From an uncultured Lentisphaerales bacterium (GTDB taxonomy: Bacteria; Verrucomicrobiota; Lentisphaeria; JABSQK01; UBA12247): a stretch of 64,000 nt of DNA. Under the pieces are notes generated by a model, which saw only the letters and a program-made list of their open reading frames with translations, was not told the origin of the DNA and made no database searches. The stretch's first letter is position 1. Each line of letters begins with the position of its first letter. Below are positions 1 through 9,740 of this stretch, one piece after another. The translations under genes and the position numbers were made by a program. Where the stretch lies: assembly GCA_943788985.1 (NCBI GenBank), contig CALSSJ010000022.1:96001-160000 (forward strand), in the 5' to 3' direction.

Positions 1-2
1 CC

Positions 3-1184
3 TTCGGGAAGGGGCAAAGCGAAATTTTCCGGACCGAGTTCTCACAGGAAGCGCGCGCAGGCGGCTGGGACATCCTGATTACGAACGAGTTGATGATGGG
101 CGACGCTGGAATAACGGGAGAATTCGATGGTGAGTTGTGGAGCCAGTTGGAGTTGCTCGAAGAGCGTGGCTTGGATGTTGACTCCGCAACTGAGTTGCGT
201 CTGGACAGCTTTATGACGACGGGCAGCGTCGCGTCCTCTTTGAGTCCGGTGAATCGCTCGCAGACGCCCGCGGTTTCCCGGTTCGACAGCCGGAGTGATA
301 TCGAAACGCGCATTATGCAGAATAATCTGGGCCTGTATGCCGAGAAGGTACTTCCCACACAGACGCGAATCAGCAGCTTGCTCTGGCGTCAGGACATTTT
401 GGATACTGGTCTCGACCAAGATGTCACCGAGGGCGAGATCGAATCTTGGAGTGAAGGCTGGACCCTTAAACTTGATTCCCAGCGTGATATGCGCTTCAAG
501 CCTGCCCTTACCTATCAACTCGAGCACGATAACTTGGATGAGGACTGGCAGGAGTCAGCAGTTGCATCCTTCACTGCGCCTCTTACCGACTATATCTACT
601 CTACCGGTAGTATGGGCTATACCAGATTTCATGGGGTCGATCAAGGCGAAGTGCTGTCCGACCTCCACGTTTCGCATCAGCCCAATCCCGATTTAATTCA
701 CAGCGTCAGCTACAGCAGAACCGTGATCGAGCCGAAGCATGACATTGCCTCGGTGATTCGCTACTCCTTGCAGCAGCGCCTCGGGCCGCACTGGCTCGCA
801 TCTTTTGTTTCCGGTCGGCAGACAGTCAAGACCTTGGCTGACGGCGGAGATAATGACGAGTGGACATCTGTGGGCAGTATTACCTTCACTCCCGGGCGGC
901 GTTTAAGTATGTCGCTACGAACTGGATATAGTGAGGGTCATGACGGCCGGCAGACACCGTGGGATTATCAGTTCTCAGGCCGGTATCAATTCCGCGACAA
1001 TATCGTGTTCGATTACACCCAGACTTGGCAGGACTACAATTGGGATAGCGAGTTCAACGCTCGGCTTCAACGTGGCCGCCTGGAAGCTGCATATCGCTGG
1101 ACGGCAGAAGAAGCCGACAGCCCAACTCAATCGCGCGCTGAGAATCTATTAGTGTTGAGCTATAAGGTGCCGTTGCATTTCTAG
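3..1184 (+). CDS. Outer-membrane beta-barrel protein associated with the capsule/EPS locus (5' end lies outside the window)
   Basis: The frame is open from base 3 (FGKGQSEIFRTEF...). It has alternating amphipathic strands rich in aromatics and a C-terminal Phe (LSYKVPLHF), and lies upstream of OPX and Wzc. Confidence 0.65.
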   Translation, partial: FGKGQSEIFRTEFSQEARAGGWDILITNELMMGDAGITGEFDGELWSQLELLEERGLDVDSATELRLDSFMTTGSVASSLSPVNRSQTPAVSRFDSRSDIETRIMQNNLGLYAEKVLPTQTRISSLLWRQDILDTGLDQDVTEGEIESWSEGWTLKLDSQRDMRFKPALTYQLEHDNLDEDWQESAVASFTAPLTDYIYSTGSMGYTRFHGVDQGEVLSDLHVSHQPNPDLIHSVSYSRTVIEPKHDIASVIRYSLQQRLGPHWLASFVSGRQTVKTLADGGDNDEWTSVGSITFTPGRRLSMSLRTGYSEGHDGRQTPWDYQFSGRYQFRDNIVFDYTQTWQDYNWDSEFNARLQRGRLEAAYRWTAEEADSPTQSRAENLLVLSYKVPLHF

Positions 1185-2126
1185 CTGAATTCTGCTGAGG
1201 CTGGATGTGCATAGTGGTCTGTTGGTGTTCAGTTGACATCCCATTGCCACGGGAAGAGAGTCGTATTGCCCAGTCTGCCTTCATCTTCCTATGTGATCGG
1301 ACACTCGGCTAGTAGGGACTTGCCACGGGCTACCTTAGAATTTCCCGCCTCCAGCCCCCCGTCAAATCGCGACGGGCTTTAGGGGAGTGTCGTAGAGGGT
1401 ACCGTTCATCCCCGGCAAAGCATGCGGGGGGCTGTCGATAGGGCCGCCGTGTTGAGAGATCGAACCCTCGAGCCCTGCAATTAGCCCGTTGGGTCGCTTT
1501 GCAGCAGGCTCTACTGGCAGGGGACCCCGTCAAATGAAAAATAGCTGGAGCATGAAGCGATCCCCATTGTCACACCTTCGAGGTAGCCGAACGGCTTGGC
1601 ACGCTCGCCAAAGTTGGGAGAGCCTTTTTTATGGCGCGGGCGCTGGTTCGCAGTCTAAAGTGCTCGATCGGTTACGGTTCTGGCTTGTTTCAGCCCGTTG
1701 GGACTGCCTAGATTGCCGAACAATCACAGCGATGTGGTGGCAAAGTTTTGAGTGCCCGTTCTGCTACTCATTGAAAATCTGGTTATCAGCGACCTCTGGA
1801 ATTTTTGCCCTGAAGTCGTTCTGCAAAAGCCAGAGGTTGCTAGCTATCAATACGTTGCTCCGACAGGGCCCAGGCCAGTTCTTGAGTCCGGTCTCTCTCT
1901 CCCCCAAGGCACAACAGTAGTGGAGCGGCACTGTGGAGATCTGAATCTACGGTTGGAGAAGGACTTGACCTCTCCAGGTGCTCGCCCTTTCAGGTTTTCC
2001 GTTTCTAGGGCGAGCACAGGCGGATCTGGGTTGTTCTGAATTTCGCTTTCAGCTGTTGCAATTAAAGTGCCGTCAGTTAACTTACCCCAGATAAATCTCA
2101 ACAACTGTATTCGGGAGACATATTTG

Positions 2127-4276
2127 ATGAACCTAATCAACCTCAAAGCTTGGCCGTCCTTTTTCACCATCGGCCTCCTTCTAGTAACGGCCTCAATAGC
2201 AGAGGACTCACTCGATGATCCTTCCCTGACTGGCGAATTGAGTGCAATCGATGGGCCTCTCGCGCTAGACTCTTCGATGGAATCAATTCAGGAGCGAATT
2301 GCGGCGAAGAGTGAAGAGCGTAAGGCCTTGAAGAGTGAAGTTGTTTATATTCGCCACAAGATCGCCTACATCGAAGAGAAACTCACGAGCGATGACCCCT
2401 TGGATGCTGGCACCCGGGAAACGCTGACTGCAGAACTGCGTCAGTGGCAGGATCGCTCAGCTAAGGCGGAAGATGACTTGGTGCGGGTGCAGGAAGAACA
2501 GGCCGAGCTGTTTCGGATAATTGAAGAGATCAGCATTGATGTCGATGAGCCGGTGCTTCACGGTTTCCGCCTAGCGATCGCCGTCGCCGAGGATCAAGCA
2601 TACAACGGCGAGTACGAAGTCCGTCCGACGACTGGGAATCTTGTTCTTCCTGGCCTGCCACGGATGTTTGTCGTAGGCAAGACGACAGCACAGATCGCCG
2701 TAATGATTGCTGACGAACTTCGGGCTGCGAATCTCATTGCCGGTGCACAAGTGAGCGTAGATGTAACCTATCGGCCTCCTGTTGCCTCGCCTGGTCAGAC
2801 AATGGTGACGCCAGAGCCCAAGATGCAGGGGCAGCCAGTTGGTACGTCGATTACCTACGGTGCCAATGAGTTCGGGTTACCCAAGCCAATGACTGTTGAT
2901 GTCCTCTACTTCTCCGGCGAGGTGATGCAGCCAGGCGCTTGGAAGATTCCGGGCGACTTTGAGAACCCCACACTGGTGAAGGCACTGCTCCGCATGCGTC
3001 TTACGGACAAAGCCGATCTGGCTCGAGTTCGCGTACTGCGTCTCGTTGGTGGTAGTGGCTTGGTGGAAGAGGTTGACGTGTCCGCAATTCTGCGTGGCGA
3101 GAGTCAGACCGCTGATTTTGTCGTGCTTCCTGACGATGTCATTGTTGTCCCTGCTAAGGGCGCGGGTGAGAACATCCTTTATCTGTCGGGTGAATTCGAA
3201 AAGCCAGGCGTATGGGAGATTCCCACAGGGTTCCAGCCTACTCTTGCGCAGGCTCTGTTGCGCGTGGATTTGAAAGACCTCGCCGATCTCGAGGCTGTTA
3301 AGGTTGTACGGATGACTGATAATCGAGCAGTTGTCGAGGAAATCAATGTAGTGAAGGTGCTGGACGGCACCGGTCTGACAGCCGATTTCGAGTTGCAGCC
3401 GAAGGATATCATTACGGTTCCAACCAAGAAGTCAGCAGAGAACGTGCTGTACCTCTCCGGGCAGGTGGACAGCCCCGGCGTGTGGGAGATTCCCGCTGGC
3501 TTCGAGCCGACCATCGCAAAGACACTGTTGCGTGTGAAGTTAGGCGAATTTGCTGATCTTAGCCAAGTTCAAGTTTTGCGCCTCGTGAATGGCAAGGGTG
3601 TCGCCAAGACGATCGACGTTGCGCGGATCCTCCAGGGGCAGGGACTAGTTCCCGACTTCAAACTGGAGAACAACGACATTGTGACCGTGCCTGTGCGAGG
3701 CTCCAAAGTTGCGAAAGAACGTCAGATCTTTGTGCGTGGTGAAGTCGGCAATCCTGGCGATCAGGGCCTGCCAATTGATCCAACCGAGGAAATGACCCCA
3801 TACATGGCAATTTTGATGGCTGGTGGCCCAACGGCCAACGCCGACCTGATGAATGTGGAGCTTGTACGCACAGAGAATGGGCAGACAGTACGTCGCCGCG
3901 TCAACGTGGCAGCAATTCTAGCCGGTGAGGCCTCGGATGAAGTGATGCGCCACAAGGACGTCCTGATCATTCCTGGCAAGAATCGCACGAAGCGCGTCTA
4001 TCTGACGGGCCGAATCAAGCAGCCTGGTATTTTGGAGATTCCACCGAACGAGAACCAGACACTGTACGCATCAATCGTCCATCGTGGCGGATTCGATCGC
4101 TTTGCTAACTTGCGCAAGACCTACGTTCTGCGTGATACCGGTGATGGCATGCGTGAACGAATCCGGTTAATATCAAGGCACTACGAAACGGATTCATTCC
4201 GGACCTCATCCTTGAAGATAACGACATTGTTGTTGTGCCCGAGAAATTCTTCTCATGGGGCGGCGACAACAACTGA
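2127..4276 (+). CDS. wza: Polysaccharide export (OPX/Wza-like) protein with an N-terminal coiled coil, a poly_export domain and 5 SLBB repeats; single frameshift near 4163
   Basis: GGAGA RBS precedes ATG 2127, followed by a signal peptide. Poly_export-like GNLVLPGL..GKTTAQI is followed by five (I/V)(Y/F)xxGxxxxPG repeats. Adding one C at atcc|ggtt (~4163) restores PVNIKALRNGFIPDLILEDNDIVVVPEKFFSWGGDNN-TGA at 4276. Confidence 0.8.
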
Positions 4277-4338
4277 TCGCATCGCTACTAGAACGGACTG
4301 ACTGAACTCCCTAACGGGGCTTGCTGGAGACTATTTGC

Positions 4339-6507
4339 ATGGAACAGAAGCGTAACGGCGTAAGCCTAGTTGATCTGCAGAGCTACCTCGCCATGGGGTT
4401 GCGTCACTTTCGCCTGATGGTGTTATTGATGTGCCTGGCTCTTGCTGCAGGTCTTGCCTATTACATTTTTAAGCGCCCGGTCTTTCACGCACGTTCGCTC
4501 GTGCAGGTGGAATACGAGCATCGTCCCTTCACCGATGACGACCTGTGGAGTGATGCTGAGATGGAGTATGTGCTCCGGCAGTTGAACTCGCCCCATATCT
4601 TGGAACGTGCCCTCGCTGAGTTTGGTATTGAAGCTAGCTATTCTACGATTCGCAGCAAGTACATCAAGCAGATGCGCTCAGAGACTAACTCTGAGGGTAA
4701 CATCGTAGTTCGGGTCTGGGCGACTTCCCCAGAACTTGCGAATAACGCAGTGTCGACAGCGATCGACGTTTTTTATCGGTATCGCTCGGAGAAGCGCAAG
4801 CTGCAGCGCAAACAGCAGATTCTCGTCTACACCGAGGAAATGGGGCGCATGTTGCGTGACATGACCGAGTTTAACGACCGGATGCGGGCCTTTGTGATGT
4901 CCAGCCGTTTGCCGGAGGTTGAGGCAAGTATGGAGCGCTTGAAACAGGTGCCGGAGCAACTACAGCAAGTGCGGACCCGCCTTGCGATGTTGGAGCGTGC
5001 GCAGAGCGAGCTCCGCAAGGAGAACAAGACTGTTGCAGAGCGTCTCTCAATTATTGCGACGCTCGACGTAGGGCGTACCTTGAAGCCCGGTGAGGGTATT
5101 AGTAGCCTCGGTGATGGTGAGGAGGACGGAGTTCTTGAGGTTGACAACGACGTGATCGTTACTCCATGGATGAGCCAGAGCAGGATTACCGGTTGGGAAG
5201 AGGACCATAAGGCACTTGAGGAGCTGGCGGTAAAACGCGAGGAACTTCTGACCCAGAATTATTTGGCTCTCCACCCGAAGATCGCGGCATTAGACAACGA
5301 GATCAAGGAACTGCGTGAGGGCCTCGAGGGGATGCTGAACGGCGCATCTGATCAGCTTGAGTGGGAGATTTCCAAGCTTGAGGCGCATCGGACAGACCTT
5401 GAGAAAAAGATCCCGATGAACCGCGCCGCGATGAACAACTACGAAGCAATTATGTGGGAATTTGAGCAGCTGGGTGTGACTGAATTCCCGTGGAAGGAAA
5501 AGTACCTTGAGATGGCTCGGAAGATTGCGGAGCTTGAGTATGCTGCCGAGACACCATTCGCGACTCGACTGGAGTATATGGGTATTTTGGACCGCAGCCG
5601 CCACGCCGTGTCACCGAACCGCGGTAAACTACTGGTCATGTCCTTGGGTATGGGGCTTGCGCTTTGTGTCGCATTTGTGTTTGTCATCGAATATCTTGAT
5701 CACACAATTTCGCGCGTAGACAAAGCGGAGCAGGTTCTCAGCATGCGTGGTTTGGGGATTGTGCCGCAGTTGCCGAGCTCGCTTACCGATGTGAATGAGA
5801 TTCCATTGCTGACGGACGGCGAGTCTGAGTTTGGCCGCGCCCGAAGCTCAGTACGAGAGACATTTCGCGTGATTCGTGCCAACATCATGGAAAGTCGAGA
5901 TTTTGAAGGCGATCGCCAGGTAATCATGGTAACGAGCTCAATTCCGAAGGAAGGAAAGTCCCTAGTCTCCTCCAATTTGGCTCTGAGTTTTGCCAGTGTG
6001 GGCGAAAAGACGCTGTTGATCGACGCGGACATTCGGCGGCGGAGCTTGAGCCGTACCTTCAACCGTGGCTCTGGCCGAGGCTTGAGCGACGTGCTCAAGA
6101 ACTATACAACACTAGACGATGCTTGCGTGCTGACTGACCACGACTACCTTCATCTGTTGGCTGCTGGTACCCTAACCAGTCAGGCACCTGAGTTGCTGGC
6201 GGGGGCTAATTTTACGCAGCTGATGCAAGAATTGCGTCAGCGGTATCAACGAATTATCTTGGATACACCACCCATTCTTGGGCTTTCTGAGGCATGTGAG
6301 GTCCTCCGCTGCGTGGACGGTGTCGTTCTGGTTATTTGGAGTGCCTATACTCCAATGCATCAAGTGAAAGATAGCACAGCGTTGATGCGCGCTAATGGTG
6401 CACGCTTCTTCGGCTTTGTTCTGAATCGTCTTGACCTGTCTGGTGCCAAGAACTACTATCAATACTACTATTACTCCGATTACTATTACCGTAGCTACTC
6501 GAGCTGA
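4339..6507 (+). CDS. wzc: Polysaccharide co-polymerase / BY tyrosine autokinase (Wzc family)
   Basis: Two TM segments flank a coiled-coil periplasmic region. Motifs: Walker A TSSIPKEGKS, A' LIDADIRR, Walker B ILDTPP, Tyr cluster YYQYYYYSDYYYRSY. GGAGA RBS precedes ATG 4339. Confidence 0.95.
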   Translation: MEQKRNGVSLVDLQSYLAMGLRHFRLMVLLMCLALAAGLAYYIFKRPVFHARSLVQVEYEHRPFTDDDLWSDAEMEYVLRQLNSPHILERALAEFGIEASYSTIRSKYIKQMRSETNSEGNIVVRVWATSPELANNAVSTAIDVFYRYRSEKRKLQRKQQILVYTEEMGRMLRDMTEFNDRMRAFVMSSRLPEVEASMERLKQVPEQLQQVRTRLAMLERAQSELRKENKTVAERLSIIATLDVGRTLKPGEGISSLGDGEEDGVLEVDNDVIVTPWMSQSRITGWEEDHKALEELAVKREELLTQNYLALHPKIAALDNEIKELREGLEGMLNGASDQLEWEISKLEAHRTDLEKKIPMNRAAMNNYEAIMWEFEQLGVTEFPWKEKYLEMARKIAELEYAAETPFATRLEYMGILDRSRHAVSPNRGKLLVMSLGMGLALCVAFVFVIEYLDHTISRVDKAEQVLSMRGLGIVPQLPSSLTDVNEIPLLTDGESEFGRARSSVRETFRVIRANIMESRDFEGDRQVIMVTSSIPKEGKSLVSSNLALSFASVGEKTLLIDADIRRRSLSRTFNRGSGRGLSDVLKNYTTLDDACVLTDHDYLHLLAAGTLTSQAPELLAGANFTQLMQELRQRYQRIILDTPPILGLSEACEVLRCVDGVVLVIWSAYTPMHQVKDSTALMRANGARFFGFVLNRLDLSGAKNYYQYYYYSDYYYRSYSS

Positions 6508-6533
6508 TAGCTGGGCTCGGACGAGCTTATGGG

Positions 6534-6564
6534 AAGCCCGCTGGCCTCGGCTCGCGGGCTTTTT
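6534..6564 (+). terminator. Probable intrinsic terminator after wzc
   Basis: AAGCCCGC-loop-GCGGGCTT stem running into a T-run. Confidence 0.55.
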
Positions 6565-6801
6565 CGTGCAGTCGGCGGAGGCGCGGTTGGTCATGAGCCC
6601 CAGTAGAGAACTAAGGGCCGCCATCGCCGGGCCGGGCCTCTGCTTCTTGGATCTCAATAGTTAGCGTGAGAAGCCTACCATGAATGAACAATGCGAGCAG
6701 AACCAAACAGGTGCTTTGGGTCGTTTCTCTGTGTGCTCCGAGCTTTGTGACATTGCGCTGCACTTCATAGGGGACATGGGCTAGCCAGCCAGAACTCTGC
6801 T

Positions 6802-8436
6802 ATGGATTTTATCTGCATCAGCCTTTTCCTGATTCTCTTCTATTCTCGGCCATGGGAGTGGAACAGCTTTGCGGCGAGCCTTGGACCTGTTACGAAGGTC
6901 ATGGCAATTGGCCTTGCGGCTATGCTTTACCGCAAGCTCAATGACAACACTCTAACCGTCAAAGGTCTTGTGCGGACCCCGCAGGATTGGGCGATGGTAA
7001 CGCTGATCTTTTGGATCTGCTATTCTAACGACGATTGGAATACAGCCTGGGATCAGGTGAACAGCCGCCTTGGTTACTACTTGCTCGCCGCGCACGCACT
7101 GACGACCTGGCGGCGCATTGAGACCTTTCTGTGGGTATGGATGATCATGATAATCTTCATCTGTGCCATGGGCGTGATGGGATATTTCGGCGTCTACGAT
7201 CCGTTTGGCTCCTACCAGAAAATCCACTCTGTATGGAAGGGACGGTGCGGACTGAACCTGGCGGTGTTTGCAAACCCGAACGCTTACGGGCACAGCGTGG
7301 TGCCAGCAATTCCCATCATTTACTATCTTGGAATATTTCGCCGATTTATCGTGATTCGAGAGATTACGGCGCCGCTATTTATCATGCCGGCTTGGGCATT
7401 GTGGCTTACCGAGTCTAAGGGGAGCTTTCTGAGTGCAGGTGTTACGACACTCGCAACCATGGCATTCGGTCGGCCCAAGGTCGTCCAGGCAGGGATACTT
7501 ATCTTTGCGTACGGATCGGGAATGTCAATTATGTTGCTGCTCCCTCGAATGGGTGTGATCTCTAATCCGAAGCAGGATGCCGGTATTCGGGGGCGAATTA
7601 AGGCACAGGCGTATGCCTGGGATGTCCTGCAAAAACAGCCAATGGGCGTGGGGTTTGAGAACTTTCTGCCGACCCATAGAATCGATGTGGAGGTTGAGCG
7701 AAATCTCGCGATCAAGAAGGCAACCTACATTCACGAGCAGAGGCGCCAACGGCGGCAGAAGCTGGTGAAGAAATGGAACGCGCAAATCCGCAAGATCGAG
7801 CGCAATAAGCAGATGGCGCCGGAGACGAAGGAGCGGGAGATCAACCAGCGAAAGAGCTGGATCGACGCGAAGCGTTTGGAGGAGATTAAGCGGGACTTCG
7901 AGTTTGGTAAAATTGAGTGGACGGAGGTTGAGGAATACAAGGCGGTTACGTCCCATAACTCCTATGTCGAGGTTGGGGCAGAGTTAGGCAAGAAGGGCTT
8001 GTATTTCTGGCTGGCGATTCTGTACTATTGCTTGAAGAGCCTGGTCTTGGCGCGATGTCAGACTGACCAGCAGGAGCGTATTCGTCGTCTGATGTTCGGG
8101 ATCATCTCGTCCTACTTGTGCTCGTCTTGGGCGACAAATATTTCCTATCGAGCAACGTTCTTTCTGCAGACGGCAGTCATCAGTGCATTTCATTACCATT
8201 ATCACAATCCGCAGGACGAAGAGTTGGTTGCCAGTAGTGAGACTGGGCTTCAAGCTGTGCCGCCGGAGGGTACTCAGGTTACGGTAGCGGAGGGCGGAGT
8301 AGAGGAGTCTGGCGAGGTCAAGGAGCCGCTCAACCGGATGCGTTTGTTGCGCTCACTGATCGTGGACGGTGTGTTGATTTACGTCTTTTACCGGTTGGTG
8401 CTTAGTGGCTGGAAGCATGTAGCGTTTGATCTCTAA
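6802..8436 (+). CDS. O-antigen ligase/Wzy polymerase family membrane protein (Wzy_C)
   Basis: About 10-12 TM helices with NPNAY, TESKGSF, GVGFENF and HNSYVEVGAELG motifs, located in the EPS locus. Confidence 0.85.
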   Translation: MDFICISLFLILFYSRPWEWNSFAASLGPVTKVMAIGLAAMLYRKLNDNTLTVKGLVRTPQDWAMVTLIFWICYSNDDWNTAWDQVNSRLGYYLLAAHALTTWRRIETFLWVWMIMIIFICAMGVMGYFGVYDPFGSYQKIHSVWKGRCGLNLAVFANPNAYGHSVVPAIPIIYYLGIFRRFIVIREITAPLFIMPAWALWLTESKGSFLSAGVTTLATMAFGRPKVVQAGILIFAYGSGMSIMLLLPRMGVISNPKQDAGIRGRIKAQAYAWDVLQKQPMGVGFENFLPTHRIDVEVERNLAIKKATYIHEQRRQRRQKLVKKWNAQIRKIERNKQMAPETKEREINQRKSWIDAKRLEEIKRDFEFGKIEWTEVEEYKAVTSHNSYVEVGAELGKKGLYFWLAILYYCLKSLVLARCQTDQQERIRRLMFGIISSYLCSSWATNISYRATFFLQTAVISAFHYHYHNPQDEELVASSETGLQAVPPEGTQVTVAEGGVEESGEVKEPLNRMRLLRSLIVDGVLIYVFYRLVLSGWKHVAFDL

Positions 8437-8663
8437 TGTGGCGAATCACAAGTTCGTCGGAAAAATGCTGGAGGGCTTTTCGGCCCTCTATCGCACTGGC
8501 GACATCTCGCCGATGACCCAGCATCGACTTGTGTCACCAGCGCACCGGAGCATCCAACATGACTCCCGCATTGGACCTACTAATTTTATGATTTACTGCA
8601 TCAAATGAGACGGGTTCTCGCGCTGTTTGGCAGCAAGTTCCCAAGGGAAAAGGAGTTGGCTCG

Positions 8664-9740
8664 ATGATTCGTGCTCTGGACAAATGGCTGGTTCCGTACC
8701 TGCGACGCCCCCGGCGTGCGCCTGTGGAGATTACGGATGTCATGATCGCGGTATGTGATCATTTTGAACCGTTTCACCACGCGTCGCCTGGCGAGGAGAT
8801 GGAGAGGCTGGCACGCTGGGAGGGCGAGTTTCCCGAGGTAACCGCAGGATATACAGACAGTGATGGATTAGCTCCAGCTCATACATTTTTCTACCCCATT
8901 GAGCAGTACAATGAGCCGGTTCTGAGTGCTGTGGAGCGTATTTGCAAGGCGCACCATACTGAAGTCGAGATTCATTTGCATCACAGTGGAGATACTGAAG
9001 AAACCTTGCGCGAGAAATTGCGGCAGGGGATCGAGGATTTCAGCCGCCACGGGTTTCTGCCGATTGATGCGGAGGGGAATACGCGCTATTCGTTTATCCA
9101 TGGGAATTGGGCGTTGGATCACTCGCATCCAACGATGGATCGTTGTGGGGTGCCTACGGAGCTGACGGTCTTGCGCGAGACGGGCTGTTACGCAGACTAT
9201 ACGTTTCCCTCGGCGCCAGACCCGACACAGCCGCCAATGGTGAATGCGATTTACTATGCCGAAGATACGCCGGAGCCGTGTTCACACCATCGCGGGCGGC
9301 TGGTTAGTGAGGGCACATCGTCACTGCGTGACGCGAGGGATCATTTGCTTCTGATTAATGGTCCCCTGGGCTTTAATTGGGGGAACCGGAAGGCGGGGGT
9401 TATTCCAAAGATTGAGAATGGTGAGGTGTCGGGGACGAACCCAGCGAATGCGAATCGTCTGAAAGTATGGCTTGAACTGGGCGTGCACGTACAGAATCGG
9501 CCGGAGTGGGTATTTGTCAAGCTGCATACTCATGGTGGGACACCGCAGAATATGAAAACGCTTCTTGGTCAACCGATGAAGAGTTTTTATGAGCATCTAG
9601 CGCAGCAGTTCCCAGCCAAAGGTCCGAGGCGGCTGCATTATGTGACAGCGCGTGAGATGGCGAATATCGTTCACGCGGCTGAGGACGGCAAAGAGGGCGA
9701 TGCGGGGCAGTTCCGGGATCACCTATATACGCTGCGATGA
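8664..9740 (+). CDS. Conserved hypothetical EPS-locus protein, possibly a polysaccharide deacetylase-like metalloprotein
   Basis: His/Asp-rich motifs DHFEP, EIHLHH, FIHGNW, YADYTFPS and KLHTHG. ATGA-coupled to the next gene. Confidence 0.6.
   Translation: MIRALDKWLVPYLRRPRRAPVEITDVMIAVCDHFEPFHHASPGEEMERLARWEGEFPEVTAGYTDSDGLAPAHTFFYPIEQYNEPVLSAVERICKAHHTEVEIHLHHSGDTEETLREKLRQGIEDFSRHGFLPIDAEGNTRYSFIHGNWALDHSHPTMDRCGVPTELTVLRETGCYADYTFPSAPDPTQPPMVNAIYYAEDTPEPCSHHRGRLVSEGTSSLRDARDHLLLINGPLGFNWGNRKAGVIPKIENGEVSGTNPANANRLKVWLELGVHVQNRPEWVFVKLHTHGGTPQNMKTLLGQPMKSFYEHLAQQFPAKGPRRLHYVTAREMANIVHAAEDGKEGDAGQFRDHLYTLR

Noticed and set aside
1489..2039. ORFs 1489-1920 and 1752-2039 in the wza leader
   Set aside because: They have no RBS or recognisable motif and overlap each other; not supportable as genes.
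4164..4301. C-terminus of the 744-aa ORF as given in the track (RLISRHYE...)
   Set aside because: It is out-of-frame read-through; the alternative frame completes the fifth SLBB repeat.
8426..8608. 60-aa ORF and GAGGGC/GCCCTC hairpin at 8471-8488
   Set aside because: The ORF has no supporting features and the hairpin has no U-tract.
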